64,000 nucleotides of DNA from an uncultured SAR116 cluster alpha proteobacterium (lineage in GTDB: Bacteria > Pseudomonadota > Alphaproteobacteria > Puniceispirillales > Marisalimonadaceae): the NCBI GenBank assembly GCA_902589185.1, contig CACIRZ010000004.1, positions 2,554-66,553 of the forward strand. Direction: 5' to 3'. How positions within the stretch are numbered: the first letter of the stretch is position 1; each line of letters opens with the position of its first letter. The notes beneath the pieces are model-generated. The model had not been told where the DNA came from, ran no database searches, and was given only the letters and a program-made list of their open reading frames with translations. The position numbers were made by a program, and so were the translations under genes. Shown here piece after piece: positions 1-10,443 of this stretch.

Positions 1-192
1 ATTCAAGAGCATATAAAAAAGCCTTTGGCCGAAGAACTTTTATTTGGAAGATTAGTTGATGGTGGTGTTGTTTATGTTGATTTATTAAAAGATAAATTAA
101 CATTAAAAACAGAAGGTTCAGCTTCTAAAGATAAAAAAAAGAAGACAATAGATCCAAAAAATAACAGTAATGATGCTACGGAATTAACTTAA
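1..192 (+). CDS. clpA: ATP-dependent Clp protease ATP-binding subunit ClpA, C-terminal fragment (5' truncated by window)
   Basis: Frame 1 reads IQEHIKKPLAEELLFGRLVDGGVVYVD... to TAA at 190-192; typical ClpA C-terminus. Confidence 0.85.
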   Translation: MQEHIKKPLAEELLFGRLVDGGVVYVDLLKDKLTLKTEGSASKDKKKKTIDPKNNSNDATELT

Positions 193-1337
193 AAATTTGA
201 GTATGGAGAATTTTCTGTATTAATAAATTTTATTTGTTTGTTAATTTCTATTTCTTCTAATTTAGTAAAATTTTTAATTGCTTTTGCAAAAGTATCATTT
301 AACACGAAATGATTACTATAAGTTGGTTTTGCAATATACCCTCTTTGTATTTTGTGATGACCTTGTGCACCTGCTTCAACTATTTTGATGTTTTTTTCAA
401 TTGCATATTCAATGGCTTGGTAATAACAAAGTTCAAAATGTAAAAAAGGAATATTTACAATAGAACCCCAATTTCTTCCATAAAGAGTGTTTTTACTAAT
501 AAAGTTCAAAGCACCAGCAACAACTTTTTCGTCTTGTTTAGCTATAATTAATAAAATATCGTTTTTCATTGTATCATTTAGCAAATGGAAAAATTCTCTA
601 GTTAAATATGCACCTCCCCATTTTTTATCAACTGTGTTTAAATAAAAATTATAAAAAGAATCCCATATTTCATTGTTTAGTTGTTCACCAGTTAATTTTT
701 CAATAACTAAGTTCGTATTTTTAATTTTTTTTCTTTCATTTCTAATTGCTTTTCTTTTTGAACTCTTCAGTTCATTTAAAAAGTCGTCAAATGATTTATA
801 ATTATTGTTATGCCAATGGAATTGTAATCCCGTTCTTCTTATCCAATTATTGTTTTGCAATCTTCTATTAAAGTCATCTGTAGTGAAGTTAATATGTGCT
901 GAACTCAATTTGTTGTCTCTAACAATCAATTCATATGTATTTATTATTAATTCAAAGATTTTTTTATGGTTTGTAATTTCAGGGTTGATCATAATCCTTG
1001 GACCAGTTGCAGGTGTAAAAGGGATTGCGCAAATTAACTTGGGATAATATTGTCCACCAGCATTTTCATAAGCATTTGCCCAAGAATGGTCAAAAATATA
1101 TTCACCGTATGAGTGCATCTTTAAATAATTCGGGGAAACCCCTATTATTTCCTGATTTGCATTTTTAATTATTATGTGTTGAGGATTCCAGCCTGTTGAT
1201 GAATGAACTGATTTTGAAAGTTCCAAAGAATTTAAAAAATCATAAGATGTAAATGGATGATTATATGTATTTAGACTATTCCAATCATTTTTATTGATAT
1301 CGGATAATTTGGATATTAACTCAACTCTCATTATCAA
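189..1337 (-). CDS. GNAT/FemAB-like N-acyltransferase (DUF482 family)
   Basis: HSYGEYIFDHSWA, YYPKL, PFTPATGPR, LYGRNWG, LHFELCYYQAIEYAI, EAGAQG motifs. Confidence 0.85.
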   Translation of the reverse strand: MIMRVELISKLSDINKNDWNSLNTYNHPFTSYDFLNSLELSKSVHSSTGWNPQHIIIKNANQEIIGVSPNYLKMHSYGEYIFDHSWANAYENAGGQYYPKLICAIPFTPATGPRIMINPEITNHKKIFELIINTYELIVRDNKLSSAHINFTTDDFNRRLQNNNWIRRTGLQFHWHNNNYKSFDDFLNELKSSKRKAIRNERKKIKNTNLVIEKLTGEQLNNEIWDSFYNFYLNTVDKKWGGAYLTREFFHLLNDTMKNDILLIIAKQDEKVVAGALNFISKNTLYGRNWGSIVNIPFLHFELCYYQAIEYAIEKNIKIVEAGAQGHHKIQRGYIAKPTYSNHFVLNDTFAKAIKNFTKLEEIEINKQIKFINTENSPYSNF

Positions 1338-1358
1338 AGGGTTTTAAGAAAATATAAT

Positions 1359-1829
1359 TTAATTTTCAATCTCAAAAATACCTTCGATTTCTACTGGAAC
1401 GTTTCTTGGAAGCGCTGGTGCTCCAACTGCAAATCTAGCGTGTTTCCCTTGTTCTCCAAAAATTTTAACGAATAAATCTGATGCTCCGTTTATTATCTTA
1501 GGCTGATCAGTAAAGTCTGGTGTAGAGGCTACAAATCCACCCAATTTAACGACTCTTTTGACTTTATTAAGATCACCATTGCAAGCTTCCTTTAATTGGC
1601 TTAGCAAAGCCATTGCGCAAGCTTCAGCCATTTGAATTCCTTCTTCAACAGAGACATTATCTCCAATTTTCCCTTTTATAGTTAATTCTCCATTAATAAA
1701 AGGTAATTGCCCTGAAATGAAAACTAAGTTATTTGATATTACGTATGGAATGTAACTTCCTGCTGGAGCACTAGCGTTTTCAATATCAATATTTAATTCT
1801 TCTAATCGCTTATTAATATCTTTAGTCAT
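1359..1829 (-). CDS. RidA/YjgF family protein
   Basis: ISGQLP, VVKLGGFV, NGASDL, GKHARFAVG, PVEIE motifs. Confidence 0.85.
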   Translation of the reverse strand: MTKDINKRLEELNIDIENASAPAGSYIPYVISNNLVFISGQLPFINGELTIKGKIGDNVSVEEGIQMAEACAMALLSQLKEACNGDLNKVKRVVKLGGFVASTPDFTDQPKIINGASDLFVKIFGEQGKHARFAVGAPALPRNVPVEIEGIFEIEN

Positions 1830-1843
1830 TTTAAACCCCTAAT

Positions 1844-4800
1844 TTAAGAACAACCCGAAGTAGCACCACATGTATTACACTTCATACATGTGCCATTTCT
1901 AACTAGAGTAAAATTCCCACACTCTCCACAAGCTTCCCCTTCATATCCTTTGATTTTAGCTTCTATTTCTTGAGAAAGACTTGGAGCCTTTGTTTCATCA
2001 ATAGCAATAGTAGTATCATTATTATCTGATAATTCTAAGTCTTGATTTTTTAGGGAAGTGGTTTGTGGCATTACTGAAATGTTATTTGAACCTCCAGACA
2101 CGACTTTTAATTCTCTTCTTACAAAGCCTCGACTAGCTACTTTTTCTGAGAATAGCGCTTTGTTATCACCTGAGCCTGTAGTACTTGAATCTAGATCATC
2201 TGGTCCCACATGACCAAGATCGTTTCGATCCAAATATGATATAGCCAATTCTCTAAAAATATAATCAAGGATTGAAGTTGACATTTTAATAGTATCATTT
2301 CCAGTTACCATTCCCTGAGGTTCAAAGCGTGTGAAGGTATAAGCTTCAACAAATTCTTCTAGAGGAACGCCGTATTGCAAACCAATTGACACTGCAATAG
2401 CAAAGTTATTCATTAAAGATCTAAAAGCTGCACCTTCTTTATGCATATCAATGAAGATCTCGCCTAATTTCCCATTTTCATATTCGCCAGTTCTAAGATA
2501 TACTTTGTGACCACCTACCATTGCTTTCTGTGTATATCCTTTTCTTCTGTGTGGTAGTTTTTCACGTTCTGCCCTAACAACTCTCTCAACTATTTTTTCA
2601 ACAACTTCACTGGTTCGTTTTGTGATATCTTGTTCGATTGTTGTATTATCTTCGTCGATGTCATCGTCATCTAGAAGTGCTGAGTTAAGTGGTTGGCTTA
2701 ATTTAGATCCATCTCTATAAAGTGCATTAGCTTTAATTCCCAATTTCCATGACAACATATAAGCATCACTACAATCATCTATAGAAGCATCATTGGGCAT
2801 GTTTATAGTTTTAGATATAGCTCCAGAGATAAAAGATTGTGCTGCTGCCATCATTTTAATATGACTTTCAACGGACAGGAATCTCTTACCTATTCGTCCA
2901 CACACGTTTGCACAATCAAATACTGCAAGGTGTTTTTTATTCAAATGAGGAGCGCCTTCAAGAGTCATAGCACCACAAACGTGAATATTCGCAACATCTA
3001 TTTCTTCTTGGGTAAAACCTAAAAACTCCAACATATTGAAACTAAAATCATTCAATTGTTCAGAAGAAATACCTAATGTTTTTTTACAAAATTCTTCTCC
3101 CAGGGTAAATTGATTAAATACGAATTTAATGTCAAAAGCCGATTCTAAAGAGGATTCAATTAATTTTATTTCTCTGTCAGTAAAACCTTTTGAAATTAAC
3201 GCATTGTGGCTTATTGCTTGACATTCTTTTAGACTGCCAGCACCGACAGCATATTTTTGCATGTCGTTAATTTGGTCTGTATCATAACCCAAATGAGCAA
3301 GTGCTTCAGGAACCACACGATTTATAATTTTAAAATATCCACCACCCGCTAATTTCTTAAATTTTACCATTGCGAAATCAGGTTCAATACCAGTAGTATC
3401 ACAATCCATTACTAATCCAATTGTTCCAGTTGGAGCTATTACTGTAGCTTGAGCGTTTCTGTAGCCATTTTTTTCACCTAAAGAGAGTGCTTTAGCCCAT
3501 GCATCTTTGGCAGCTTTTATTAAGTTTTGATCAGGGCAATCCTCAGACATCAAAGGAACTGGATTTATAGAAAGGTCTTCATAACCTCGTGTTTTACCCT
3601 CTGATGCTCTTTTGTGATTCCTTATAACCTTTAACATGCTTTTTGCATTCTCTTTATATTTAGGAAATGGTCCTAATTCACCGGCGATTTCTGCTGATGT
3701 TGCGTATGATATCCCAGTCATTATTGATGTAAGAGCAGCGCATATAGATCTTCCTTGGTCACTGTCATAAGGGATACCCCAAGACATTAATAAGCCACCA
3801 ATATTTGCGTAACCTAGTCCAAGTGTTCTATATTCATAAGATCTCTGTGCAATTTCCTTTGAAGGAAATTGTGCCATCATTACGGAAATTTCAAGGGTTA
3901 ATGTCCACAATCTAGTTGTATACTCATATGCTTTTATATCAAATGATGCGTCATCCTTCTTAAATTGTAATAGATTTATTGATGCCAAATTACAGGCAGT
4001 GTCATCAATAAACATATATTCAGAGCAAGGGTTAGAAGCATTAATTCTACCAGCATTAGGACAAGTATGCCATTCGTTAATGGTAGTGTCATATTGCAAA
4101 CCAGGGTCTGCACAAGCCCATGCAGCTTCAGAAATCTTAGACCACAATTCTTTTGCATCTACTGTTTTATGAACACTACCGTCAGTTCTCCTTTTTAAAT
4201 CCCATTTACCATTTTGAGATACTTTTTCTAAAAATTCATTACTAACTCTTACTGAGTTATTTGAATTCTGCCCAGATACAGTTAAGTAAGCCTCGCTATC
4301 CCAATCTGTATCGTAAGTTTGGAATTCAATTTCTTTAAATCCTTGGCCGGCAAATTGAATTACTCTTTGTATGTAATTTTCAGGTATCATTACTGCACGG
4401 CAATTTAATATTGCTTTTTTAAGTTCGTTATTAACTTTTGGATTTAATCTGTCTTTGTCATTATAATGTTCTAAATTGCAAGCATCCATGACGGATTTTA
4501 AATTTTTCGCAGTTAGTTTTGAGCCCGCTACCAGCGCAGCAACTTTTTGTTCTTCAACGACTTTCCAGTTTATATATTCTTCTATATCAGGATGATCTAT
4601 ATCAACTGTGACCATTTTTGCTGCTCTTCTTGTAGTACCACCAGATTTGATTGCTCCAGCAGCTCTATCACCTATTCTTAAAAAACTCATCATTCCTGAA
4701 GATCTTCCACCACCTGATAAACCTTCAGTACTGCCTCTTAATTTAGAAAAATTGGATCCTGTTCCAGAACCATATTTGAATAACCTGGCCTCTCTAACCC

Positions 4801-5452
4801 AAAGGTCCATTATCCCACCTTCATTAACAAGGTCATCTGCTACAGATTGAATGAAACAGGCGTGAGGTTGTGGATGTTCATATGAGGATTGAGATTTAAC
4901 AAGTTTTTTTGTTTTGAAGTCAACATAGTAGTGACCTTGACTAGGACCATCTATACCATAAGCCCAGTGCAAGCCTGTATTAAACCATTGTGGTGAGTTT
5001 GGAGCACACATTTGTGCGGCTAGCATAAATCTCATTTCATCAAAGTAAGTTTTTGCATCATCTTCAGTTGTAAAATAATTACCTTTCCATCCCCAGTAAG
5101 TCCACGTACCAGCCAGTCTGTTAAACACTTGCTTTGCTGATTCTTCGCCTTTGTATCTTTGATCTTCTGGTAACTTAACTAATTTTGATTTATCTGGTTC
5201 TGAACGCCATAACCAATTTGGTATATTTTCTTCTTTTACTTTTTTAAGATATACTGGGACACCAGCTTTACGAAAATATTTCTGTGCAATAATATCTGCA
5301 GCAACCTGAGAATAGTTAGCAGGCACTTCAATATCAGGCGCACTAAATACCACAGTACCATCGGGATTTTTTATTTCACTGGTAGTAGTTTTAAATTCCA
5401 TACCTGCATATGCATCATTTCCTTTTTTTGTAAATTGTCTTTCAAATTTCAT
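1844..5452 (-). CDS. nrdJ: Class II (adenosylcobalamin-dependent) ribonucleotide reductase with C-terminal TSCPD domain
   Basis: [23 protein letters not shown] (thiyl Cys), IAPTGTI, AISKTIN, YRDGSK, C-terminal CGEC/CNTC...GCS. Confidence 0.95.
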   Translation of the reverse strand: MKFERQFTKKGNDAYAGMEFKTTTSEIKNPDGTVVFSAPDIEVPANYSQVAADIIAQKYFRKAGVPVYLKKVKEENIPNWLWRSEPDKSKLVKLPEDQRYKGEESAKQVFNRLAGTWTYWGWKGNYFTTEDDAKTYFDEMRFMLAAQMCAPNSPQWFNTGLHWAYGIDGPSQGHYYVDFKTKKLVKSQSSYEHPQPHACFIQSVADDLVNEGGIMDLWVREARLFKYGSGTGSNFSKLRGSTEGLSGGGRSSGMMSFLRIGDRAAGAIKSGGTTRRAAKMVTVDIDHPDIEEYINWKVVEEQKVAALVAGSKLTAKNLKSVMDACNLEHYNDKDRLNPKVNNELKKAILNCRAVMIPENYIQRVIQFAGQGFKEIEFQTYDTDWDSEAYLTVSGQNSNNSVRVSNEFLEKVSQNGKWDLKRRTDGSVHKTVDAKELWSKISEAAWACADPGLQYDTTINEWHTCPNAGRINASNPCSEYMFIDDTACNLASINLLQFKKDDASFDIKAYEYTTRLWTLTLEISVMMAQFPSKEIAQRSYEYRTLGLGYANIGGLLMSWGIPYDSDQGRSICAALTSIMTGISYATSAEIAGELGPFPKYKENAKSMLKVIRNHKRASEGKTRGYEDLSINPVPLMSEDCPDQNLIKAAKDAWAKALSLGEKNGYRNAQATVIAPTGTIGLVMDCDTTGIEPDFAMVKFKKLAGGGYFKIINRVVPEALAHLGYDTDQINDMQKYAVGAGSLKECQAISHNALISKGFTDREIKLIESSLESAFDIKFVFNQFTLGEEFCKKTLGISSEQLNDFSFNMLEFLGFTQEEIDVANIHVCGAMTLEGAPHLNKKHLAVFDCANVCGRIGKRFLSVESHIKMMAAAQSFISGAISKTINMPNDASIDDCSDAYMLSWKLGIKANALYRDGSKLSQPLNSALLDDDDIDEDNTTIEQDITKRTSEVVEKIVERVVRAEREKLPHRRKGYTQKAMVGGHKVYLRTGEYENGKLGEIFIDMHKEGAAFRSLMNNFAIAVSIGLQYGVPLEEFVEAYTFTRFEPQGMVTGNDTIKMSTSILDYIFRELAISYLDRNDLGHVGPDDLDSSTTGSGDNKALFSEKVASRGFVRRELKVVSGGSNNISVMPQTTSLKNQDLELSDNNDTTIAIDETKAPSLSQEIEAKIKGYEGEACGECGNFTLVRNGTCMKCNTCGATSGCS

Positions 5453-5519
5453 CTTTTTCCCTTTTTTACAATAAAGAAAACAATACTCAGAATTTGTTCT
5501 TACATTTTTAAAAACTACC

Positions 5520-5528
5520 TGTGGATAA
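5520..5528 (-). promoter_or_regulatory. Perfect DnaA box (TTATCCACA on minus strand)
   Basis: TGTGGATAA on plus strand, about 70 bp upstream of nrdJ start. Confidence 0.6.
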
Positions 5529-5627
5529 CTTGCTTTTTGGTAGTTAATTTAAAAAATTTGTTTCAATAAAGCGTTGTTTTTCCTTAATTTAATTTTTGTT
5601 TTATGAATTTTTGTTGCTACGGTAGCC

Positions 5628-5636
5628 TGTGGATAA
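5628..5636 (-). promoter_or_regulatory. Second perfect DnaA box
   Basis: TGTGGATAA on plus strand, directly abutting NrdR box 1. Confidence 0.6.
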
Positions 5637-5683
5637 ACACAAGATATAGTAATAACGAAAGTTTAAAGTACATGATTTAGTAT
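5637..5683. promoter_or_regulatory. Tandem NrdR boxes upstream of nrdJ
   Basis: ACACAAGATATAGTAA (5637-5652) and GTACATGATTTAGTAT (5668-5683); resemble consensus acaCwAtATaTwGtgt with 31-bp start-to-start spacing. Confidence 0.75.
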
Positions 5684-5855
5684 GCATTCGTAAAGTACAT
5701 AATTCAATTTTTTTTACTTTTTTTTTTAACTCATTAATTTTACTTAATTTTTAAGTATCAAAAAAATTTATTAAAAATAAAATTGATAATGCTGATTTAT
5801 TATTTTTATAAATGAGATATAATATTGGTAAATAATCTGACTAGGAATATTAAAT

Positions 5856-6296
5856 ATGAGATACAGTTCTATTGAAATTTTGATGGGGGCAGTCGTTTTA
5901 GTAACAGCCATATTCTTTTTAATATTAGGTATGCAATCGATTGATAAGAATCAAACTGACGGCTATAATATATCTCTTATATTTGGTTCTTCAGCAGGTT
6001 TGAAAAATGGTGATGATGTAAAAATATCAGGTATAAATGTAGGAAAGATTACTAAATTGGATCTTGATCTGGCCGATTATAACGCCAAAATCTATATCAA
6101 GCTCAATAACGAAATAAAGATACCAGATGACTCGCAAGCAAGAATTACATCTTCTTCCCTTTTAGGAGGTAATTTTTTGGATATTATACCTGGCTCATCT
6201 GAAACATATCTTAAACCAGATGATATTATATATGATACTACTGATGCTGTAAGTTTTACAGATTTGCTAGGGAAAGTTGTGTTTTCAAAAGAGTAA
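5856..6296 (+). CDS. mlaD: MlaD/MCE-domain lipid asymmetry protein
   Basis: N-terminal TM, GLKNGDDVKISGINVGKI, IPDDSQARITSSSLLGGNF. Confidence 0.85.
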   Translation: MRYSSIEILMGAVVLVTAIFFLILGMQSIDKNQTDGYNISLIFGSSAGLKNGDDVKISGINVGKITKLDLDLADYNAKIYIKLNNEIKIPDDSQARITSSSLLGGNFLDIIPGSSETYLKPDDIIYDTTDAVSFTDLLGKVVFSKE

Positions 6297-6327
6297 CAAA
6301 TATCTAAATATCACTTAGGTTATAATA

Positions 6328-6759
6328 ATGCGAATTTTAGAAATTTTTATCATAATAATTTTCTTATCAATTTCAAAAAATATATTTGCTTCACAATGGA
6401 TTGAAGGTAATAGGTTAGTAATCCAAGGTTTGGACAAAATTACGGCCCGAATAGAGACTTTTGAAGTTGATGTAGCCAAGACTTATAAATTTGGGGTATT
6501 AGATATTTTCGTTGAAAGGTGTGTTTTTTCAAAACCTATTTTTAAACCTGAATCATTAGCATATATTAGAATAAAAGATAATTCTGATAGATTGTCAGAA
6601 GTTAAGTTTAAGGGGTGGATGTTTGCTTCTAGTCCTGCTCTAAATGCTCTAGAAAACTCAGTTTATGACATTTCTATTCTTGCTTGCAAAAAGGATGATA
6701 AACAATTAGAGAAATCAACATCTGTTTCGCCAAACGATAAAATATCTACTTCTAATTGA
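6328..6759 (+). CDS. DUF2155 domain protein (secreted)
   Basis: GLDKITAR, FKGWMFASSPALNALE, YD motifs; signal peptide; usual position after mlaD. Confidence 0.85.
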   Translation: MRILEIFIIIIFLSISKNIFASQWIEGNRLVIQGLDKITARIETFEVDVAKTYKFGVLDIFVERCVFSKPIFKPESLAYIRIKDNSDRLSEVKFKGWMFASSPALNALENSVYDISILACKKDDKQLEKSTSVSPNDKISTSN

Positions 6760-7337
6760 ATTGCTTTTTGAAGATCCTCCTGAAATTCATTTTTACTTAT
6801 TTCATAAGCCCCAAATTGTAATAAGTGGTCATTTAAAAACTGAACATCTAAAATTCTAAAACCTGTTCTCCATAATCTTGCTACAAGATTTAATAAAGCT
6901 ATTTTACTTCCATTTGGTATAGCGCTAAACATAGATTCTGCAAAAAAAACACCTCCTATTGCTAGTCCATATACACCCCCAACCAATTTGTCGTCTTTCC
7001 AACATTCAACTGAATGAGCGTATTTCATTTCATACAGAGAAATAAATAAGCTTTCTATTTCTGTGTTTATCCATGTTTCAGTTCTGTTGATAGTTGCACA
7101 TGATTTAATGACATTTGGAAAAGCTTTATTCAAGGTAATTTTAAAAGGTCTTTTTTTTACGATTCGTAGAAGGCTTTTTGATATATGAAAATTAAAGATT
7201 GGAATAACAGCTCTAAATTCTGGATCAACAAAGAAAAACTTCTCATTCGTTCTGCTTTCAGACATAGGAAACATACCGAGCATATAAGCTCTTATAAGTT
7301 GGTCTGGAGTAATTATTTTATTATCTTTTGTACTCAA
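6663..7337 (-). CDS. aat: Leucyl/phenylalanyl-tRNA--protein transferase
   Basis: AYMLGMFPM, TWIN, AHSVECW, LVGGVYG, FFAESMFS, SKIAL, LDVQF. Confidence 0.93.
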   Translation of the reverse strand: MSTKDNKIITPDQLIRAYMLGMFPMSESRTNEKFFFVDPEFRAVIPIFNFHISKSLLRIVKKRPFKITLNKAFPNVIKSCATINRTETWINTEIESLFISLYEMKYAHSVECWKDDKLVGGVYGLAIGGVFFAESMFSAIPNGSKIALLNLVARLWRTGFRILDVQFLNDHLLQFGAYEISKNEFQEDLQKAIQLEVDILSFGETDVDFSNCLSSFLQARIEMS

Positions 7338-7367
7338 GAATATATATTGGGTCGCATGATAAATATT

Positions 7368-8714
7368 TTAATTATTATTTAACAATTTATTTTCTAACCA
7401 TCTAATATCATATGACCCATCTTTCATCACAGGGGTTTCTAATATATCTTTATGTAAATCAATAGTAGTAGAAATAGGCTCAATAACAATTTCTTTTAAA
7501 GCTTGCTTTAATCTTAATATACATTGTTCTCTATCAGACGCATGCACAATTAGTTTGGCAATTAAACTATCATAATATGGAGGAACTACGTAACCAGAAT
7601 ATACACATGACTCTATCCTAATTCCTAACCCACAAGGAGAGTGGAATTGTGTAATTTGGCCAGGCGAAGGAATAAATGTTTTTGGGTCTTCTGCATTAAT
7701 TCTACATTCAATAGCATGACCATCAAATTTCACATCTTCTTGGTTAAAGGATATTGGTTGACCAGCTGCAATCATAATTTGTTCTTTAACTAGGTCTATT
7801 CCAGTTATGGCCTCTGTTATTGGATGCTCAACTTGCAGCCTTGTATTCATCTCAATGAAAAAAAATTGACCATCTTCATATAAGAATTCAATTGTACCTA
7901 ATCCTAGATAGCCCATTTTTGCCACAGCCATTGATGCAATATTACCTATTTTATCTCTTGTAGTTTGGTCTATAACAGGTGATGGTGCTTCTTCAATTAC
8001 TTTTTGATGACGTCTTTGTATAGAACACTCTCTCTCACCAAGATGGACGGTGTTGCCAAATTTATCTCCAATAATTTGAACTTCAATGTGCCTTGGTTTT
8101 TGGAGATATCTTTCCATATAAACACGATCATCACCAAATGCTGCCTTTGCTTCACTTTTTGCAGAAGTAAAAGCAGATTCTAAATCTTTCTCGCTCATAG
8201 CTACTTTCATACCTCTACCACCACCACCTGATGCGGCTTTTATGAGCACTGGATAGCCAATTTCTTTAGCTTCAATTAATGCATTTTTAAAATCTACAAC
8301 GTCACTTTTAGAGCCTGGAACAAGAGGAATACCTAGTTCTTTTGCTGTAATTTTTGCTTGTATTTTATCACCCATACATTTTATATGCTCTGGTTTTGGT
8401 CCAATAAAAACTATATTATGAGCTTCCACTATTTCTGCAAAATCAGAATTTTCTGATAAAAAACCTACTCCGGGATGGATGGCATCTGCTCCTACTAATT
8501 GAGCTGCAGTTATTATAGCAGGGATGTTCAAATATGATTCTGATGATGAAGGTCCTCCAATACAAACAGTTTCGTCTGCCAATCTAACATGCATTGCCTC
8601 GCTGTCAGCAGTTGAATGAATAGCGACTGTTTGAATATTAAGTTCTTTGCAGGCTCTTAAAACTCTCAATGCGACATCACCACGATTTGCTATTAATATT
8701 TTTTTGAACATCAT
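7368..8714 (-). CDS. accC: Acetyl-CoA carboxylase, biotin carboxylase subunit
   Basis: KILIANRG, KAASGGGGRGM, ERECSIQRRHQK, EMNTRLQVEH, YYDSLIAKLIV. Confidence 0.95.
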   Translation of the reverse strand: MMFKKILIANRGDVALRVLRACKELNIQTVAIHSTADSEAMHVRLADETVCIGGPSSSESYLNIPAIITAAQLVGADAIHPGVGFLSENSDFAEIVEAHNIVFIGPKPEHIKCMGDKIQAKITAKELGIPLVPGSKSDVVDFKNALIEAKEIGYPVLIKAASGGGGRGMKVAMSEKDLESAFTSAKSEAKAAFGDDRVYMERYLQKPRHIEVQIIGDKFGNTVHLGERECSIQRRHQKVIEEAPSPVIDQTTRDKIGNIASMAVAKMGYLGLGTIEFLYEDGQFFFIEMNTRLQVEHPITEAITGIDLVKEQIMIAAGQPISFNQEDVKFDGHAIECRINAEDPKTFIPSPGQITQFHSPCGLGIRIESCVYSGYVVPPYYDSLIAKLIVHASDREQCILRLKQALKEIVIEPISTTIDLHKDILETPVMKDGSYDIRWLENKLLNNN

Positions 8715-8721
8715 AATTTAA

Positions 8722-9198
8722 TTACTCAATCACAACTAGTAATTGATCAAATTCTACTGGTTGGCTATCCTCAAATCCAATAAAGACGACCTTTCCAGAT
8801 TTAGGTGCGGCAATTGTATTCATTACTTTCATGGCCTCAATAATGAGCAATGTATCTCCCTTTGTAACTTGAGAATTTAATTTGATAAATGGATCTTTCC
8901 CCGGTTCAGGTGCAGAATACGCAGTACCAACCATTGGAGAATTTACTGCACCAGGATGTTTGTTGGTAAATTGTTCTACTTTTTCAATTGATTTAGAAGC
9001 CTCTTTATTCTCGTTAGTGCTTGGAATACTAACAATAGTTTGTTGAGGTGTTGAAAAAGAAGTTTTCATATTTTTTACAACTTTAACCTTAAAGTCATTT
9101 GCCTCATATTCCAATTCTAATAAATTATCTTTGTTGACCATATCAACGAACTCTTGGACTATACTCAAATTTTCTTTGTGGACATTTTTTTTTGTCAT
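8722..9198 (-). CDS. accB: Biotin carboxyl carrier protein
   Basis: SPMVGTAY and EAMK biotinylation motif; directly upstream of accC. Confidence 0.95.
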   Translation of the reverse strand: MTKKNVHKENLSIVQEFVDMVNKDNLLELEYEANDFKVKVVKNMKTSFSTPQQTIVSIPSTNENKEASKSIEKVEQFTNKHPGAVNSPMVGTAYSAPEPGKDPFIKLNSQVTKGDTLLIIEAMKVMNTIAAPKSGKVVFIGFEDSQPVEFDQLLVVIE

Positions 9199-9216
9199 AA
9201 AATTACCTTTTCTAAT

Positions 9217-9657
9217 TTAATCTTTTATAAGGTCTTTGATGGCATCTATAGCGTGGAGGTAAGAATTAAAACCAAATCCAGCAATTATTCCATTCACAAC
9301 TGGTGAAATATAAGATTTATGACGAAAATTTTCACGAGCGTAAATATTAGTTATATGTAGTTCTATTTTAGGGCCTTTAAACATATTTAGAGCATCAAGA
9401 AGTCCAATAGAGGTATGAGTTAATGCTCCTGCATTTATTATAATTCCTTGACCATCATTAATAGCGTTATGAATTTCACCAATCAACTCACCTTCGATGT
9501 TTGATTGAAAAAAACTTAAATCTAAGTTGTAATTATTACATTTTTCACTACAGAGTTTATTTATCTTATCTAAAGAAATGTTACCATATTTTTCAGGTTC
9601 TCTTGTACCAAGAAGGTTTAAGTTTGGACCATTTATAATATATAATTTTTTACTCAA
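9217..9657 (-). CDS. aroQ: Type II 3-dehydroquinate dehydratase
   Basis: NGPNLNLLGTREPEKYG, QSNIEGELI, THTS, ELHITN, REnFRH. Confidence 0.95.
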   Translation of the reverse strand: MSKKLYIINGPNLNLLGTREPEKYGNISLDKINKLCSEKCNNYNLDLSFFQSNIEGELIGEIHNAINDGQGIIINAGALTHTSIGLLDALNMFKGPKIELHITNIYARENFRHKSYISPVVNGIIAGFGFNSYLHAIDAIKDLIKD

Positions 9658-9722
9658 AACATTTCTCCTTAAATTGCGTAATTTAAGTTTTTGTCAATTT
9701 CAAGACTAATTTCCAAGATAAC

Positions 9723-10433
9723 TTAACTTTCTCTAAATTGTTTTATTATTTCTTTTATTTTATTTAAGTTTAATGCACCAGGATAAATAATATCGCCAAT
9801 TATAAATGCAGGAGTTCCATTTAAATTAAGTAATTTTGCAATTTCTCTATTTTTCAGCAATTTTTGTTCTATCTCTGGATTATTCATGTCTATTTTTAGC
9901 TGATCTATATCTAAACCTATCTCCTTAGCTGTGCCAAATACCTTTTCTTCATCAACTCTTCCTTTTATTGTCATTAATGATAGATGAAATTTATTGTATA
10001 GATCTTGTTTTTTTGAGGCAAGAGCTGCTTTAGCAGCAAAATATGATTGTTGAGACAAAATTGGAAATTCAACGAAAACAAAATTAACTTTTTTATCTTC
10101 AGATAAAACATCCATTATTGTTTTAACCACCGATTTACAATAACCACAATTATAATCAAAAAATTCATATATGGTTATATCAGCTTGTTTGGGGAAAATA
10201 CCCGGGTTATCAAAATCCTTTAATAACTTGATTGCATCTTGTTTTTTTTTGTTTTCAAGAGATATTTTATAATTATCTAATGTAGATTTTACAAAATCAG
10301 GATTTTTTTTTAAAAAGTTTTTTATTATAGAATCTATATTATCTTTATTAATCTCATGAGAATGAGACGAAGATATAAATAGAAAAATAGATATAAAGAT
10401 AAAGATTATTCTTGTCATTTTGTTGCTTATCAA
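9723..10433 (-). CDS. DsbA/Com1-like thioredoxin-fold periplasmic protein
   Basis: EFFDYNCGYCK (CxxC), EFPIL, GTPAFIIG; signal peptide. Confidence 0.85.
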   Translation of the reverse strand: MISNKMTRIIFIFISIFLFISSSHSHEINKDNIDSIIKNFLKKNPDFVKSTLDNYKISLENKKKQDAIKLLKDFDNPGIFPKQADITIYEFFDYNCGYCKSVVKTIMDVLSEDKKVNFVFVEFPILSQQSYFAAKAALASKKQDLYNKFHLSLMTIKGRVDEEKVFGTAKEIGLDIDQLKIDMNNPEIEQKLLKNREIAKLLNLNGTPAFIIGDIIYPGALNLNKIKEIIKQFRES

Positions 10434-10443
10434 TAGATTACTC

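Noticed and set aside
1844-5452. Intein or intron in the 1202-aa NrdJ
   Set aside because: Length fits alphaproteobacterial NrdJ with a TSCPD domain; no intein splice or homing endonuclease motifs seen
5453-5855. Possible replication origin (DnaA boxes plus AT-rich tract)
   Set aside because: Only two clear boxes, tied to NrdR sites at an RNR promoter; no dnaA, hemE or parAB context; regulation is the simpler reading
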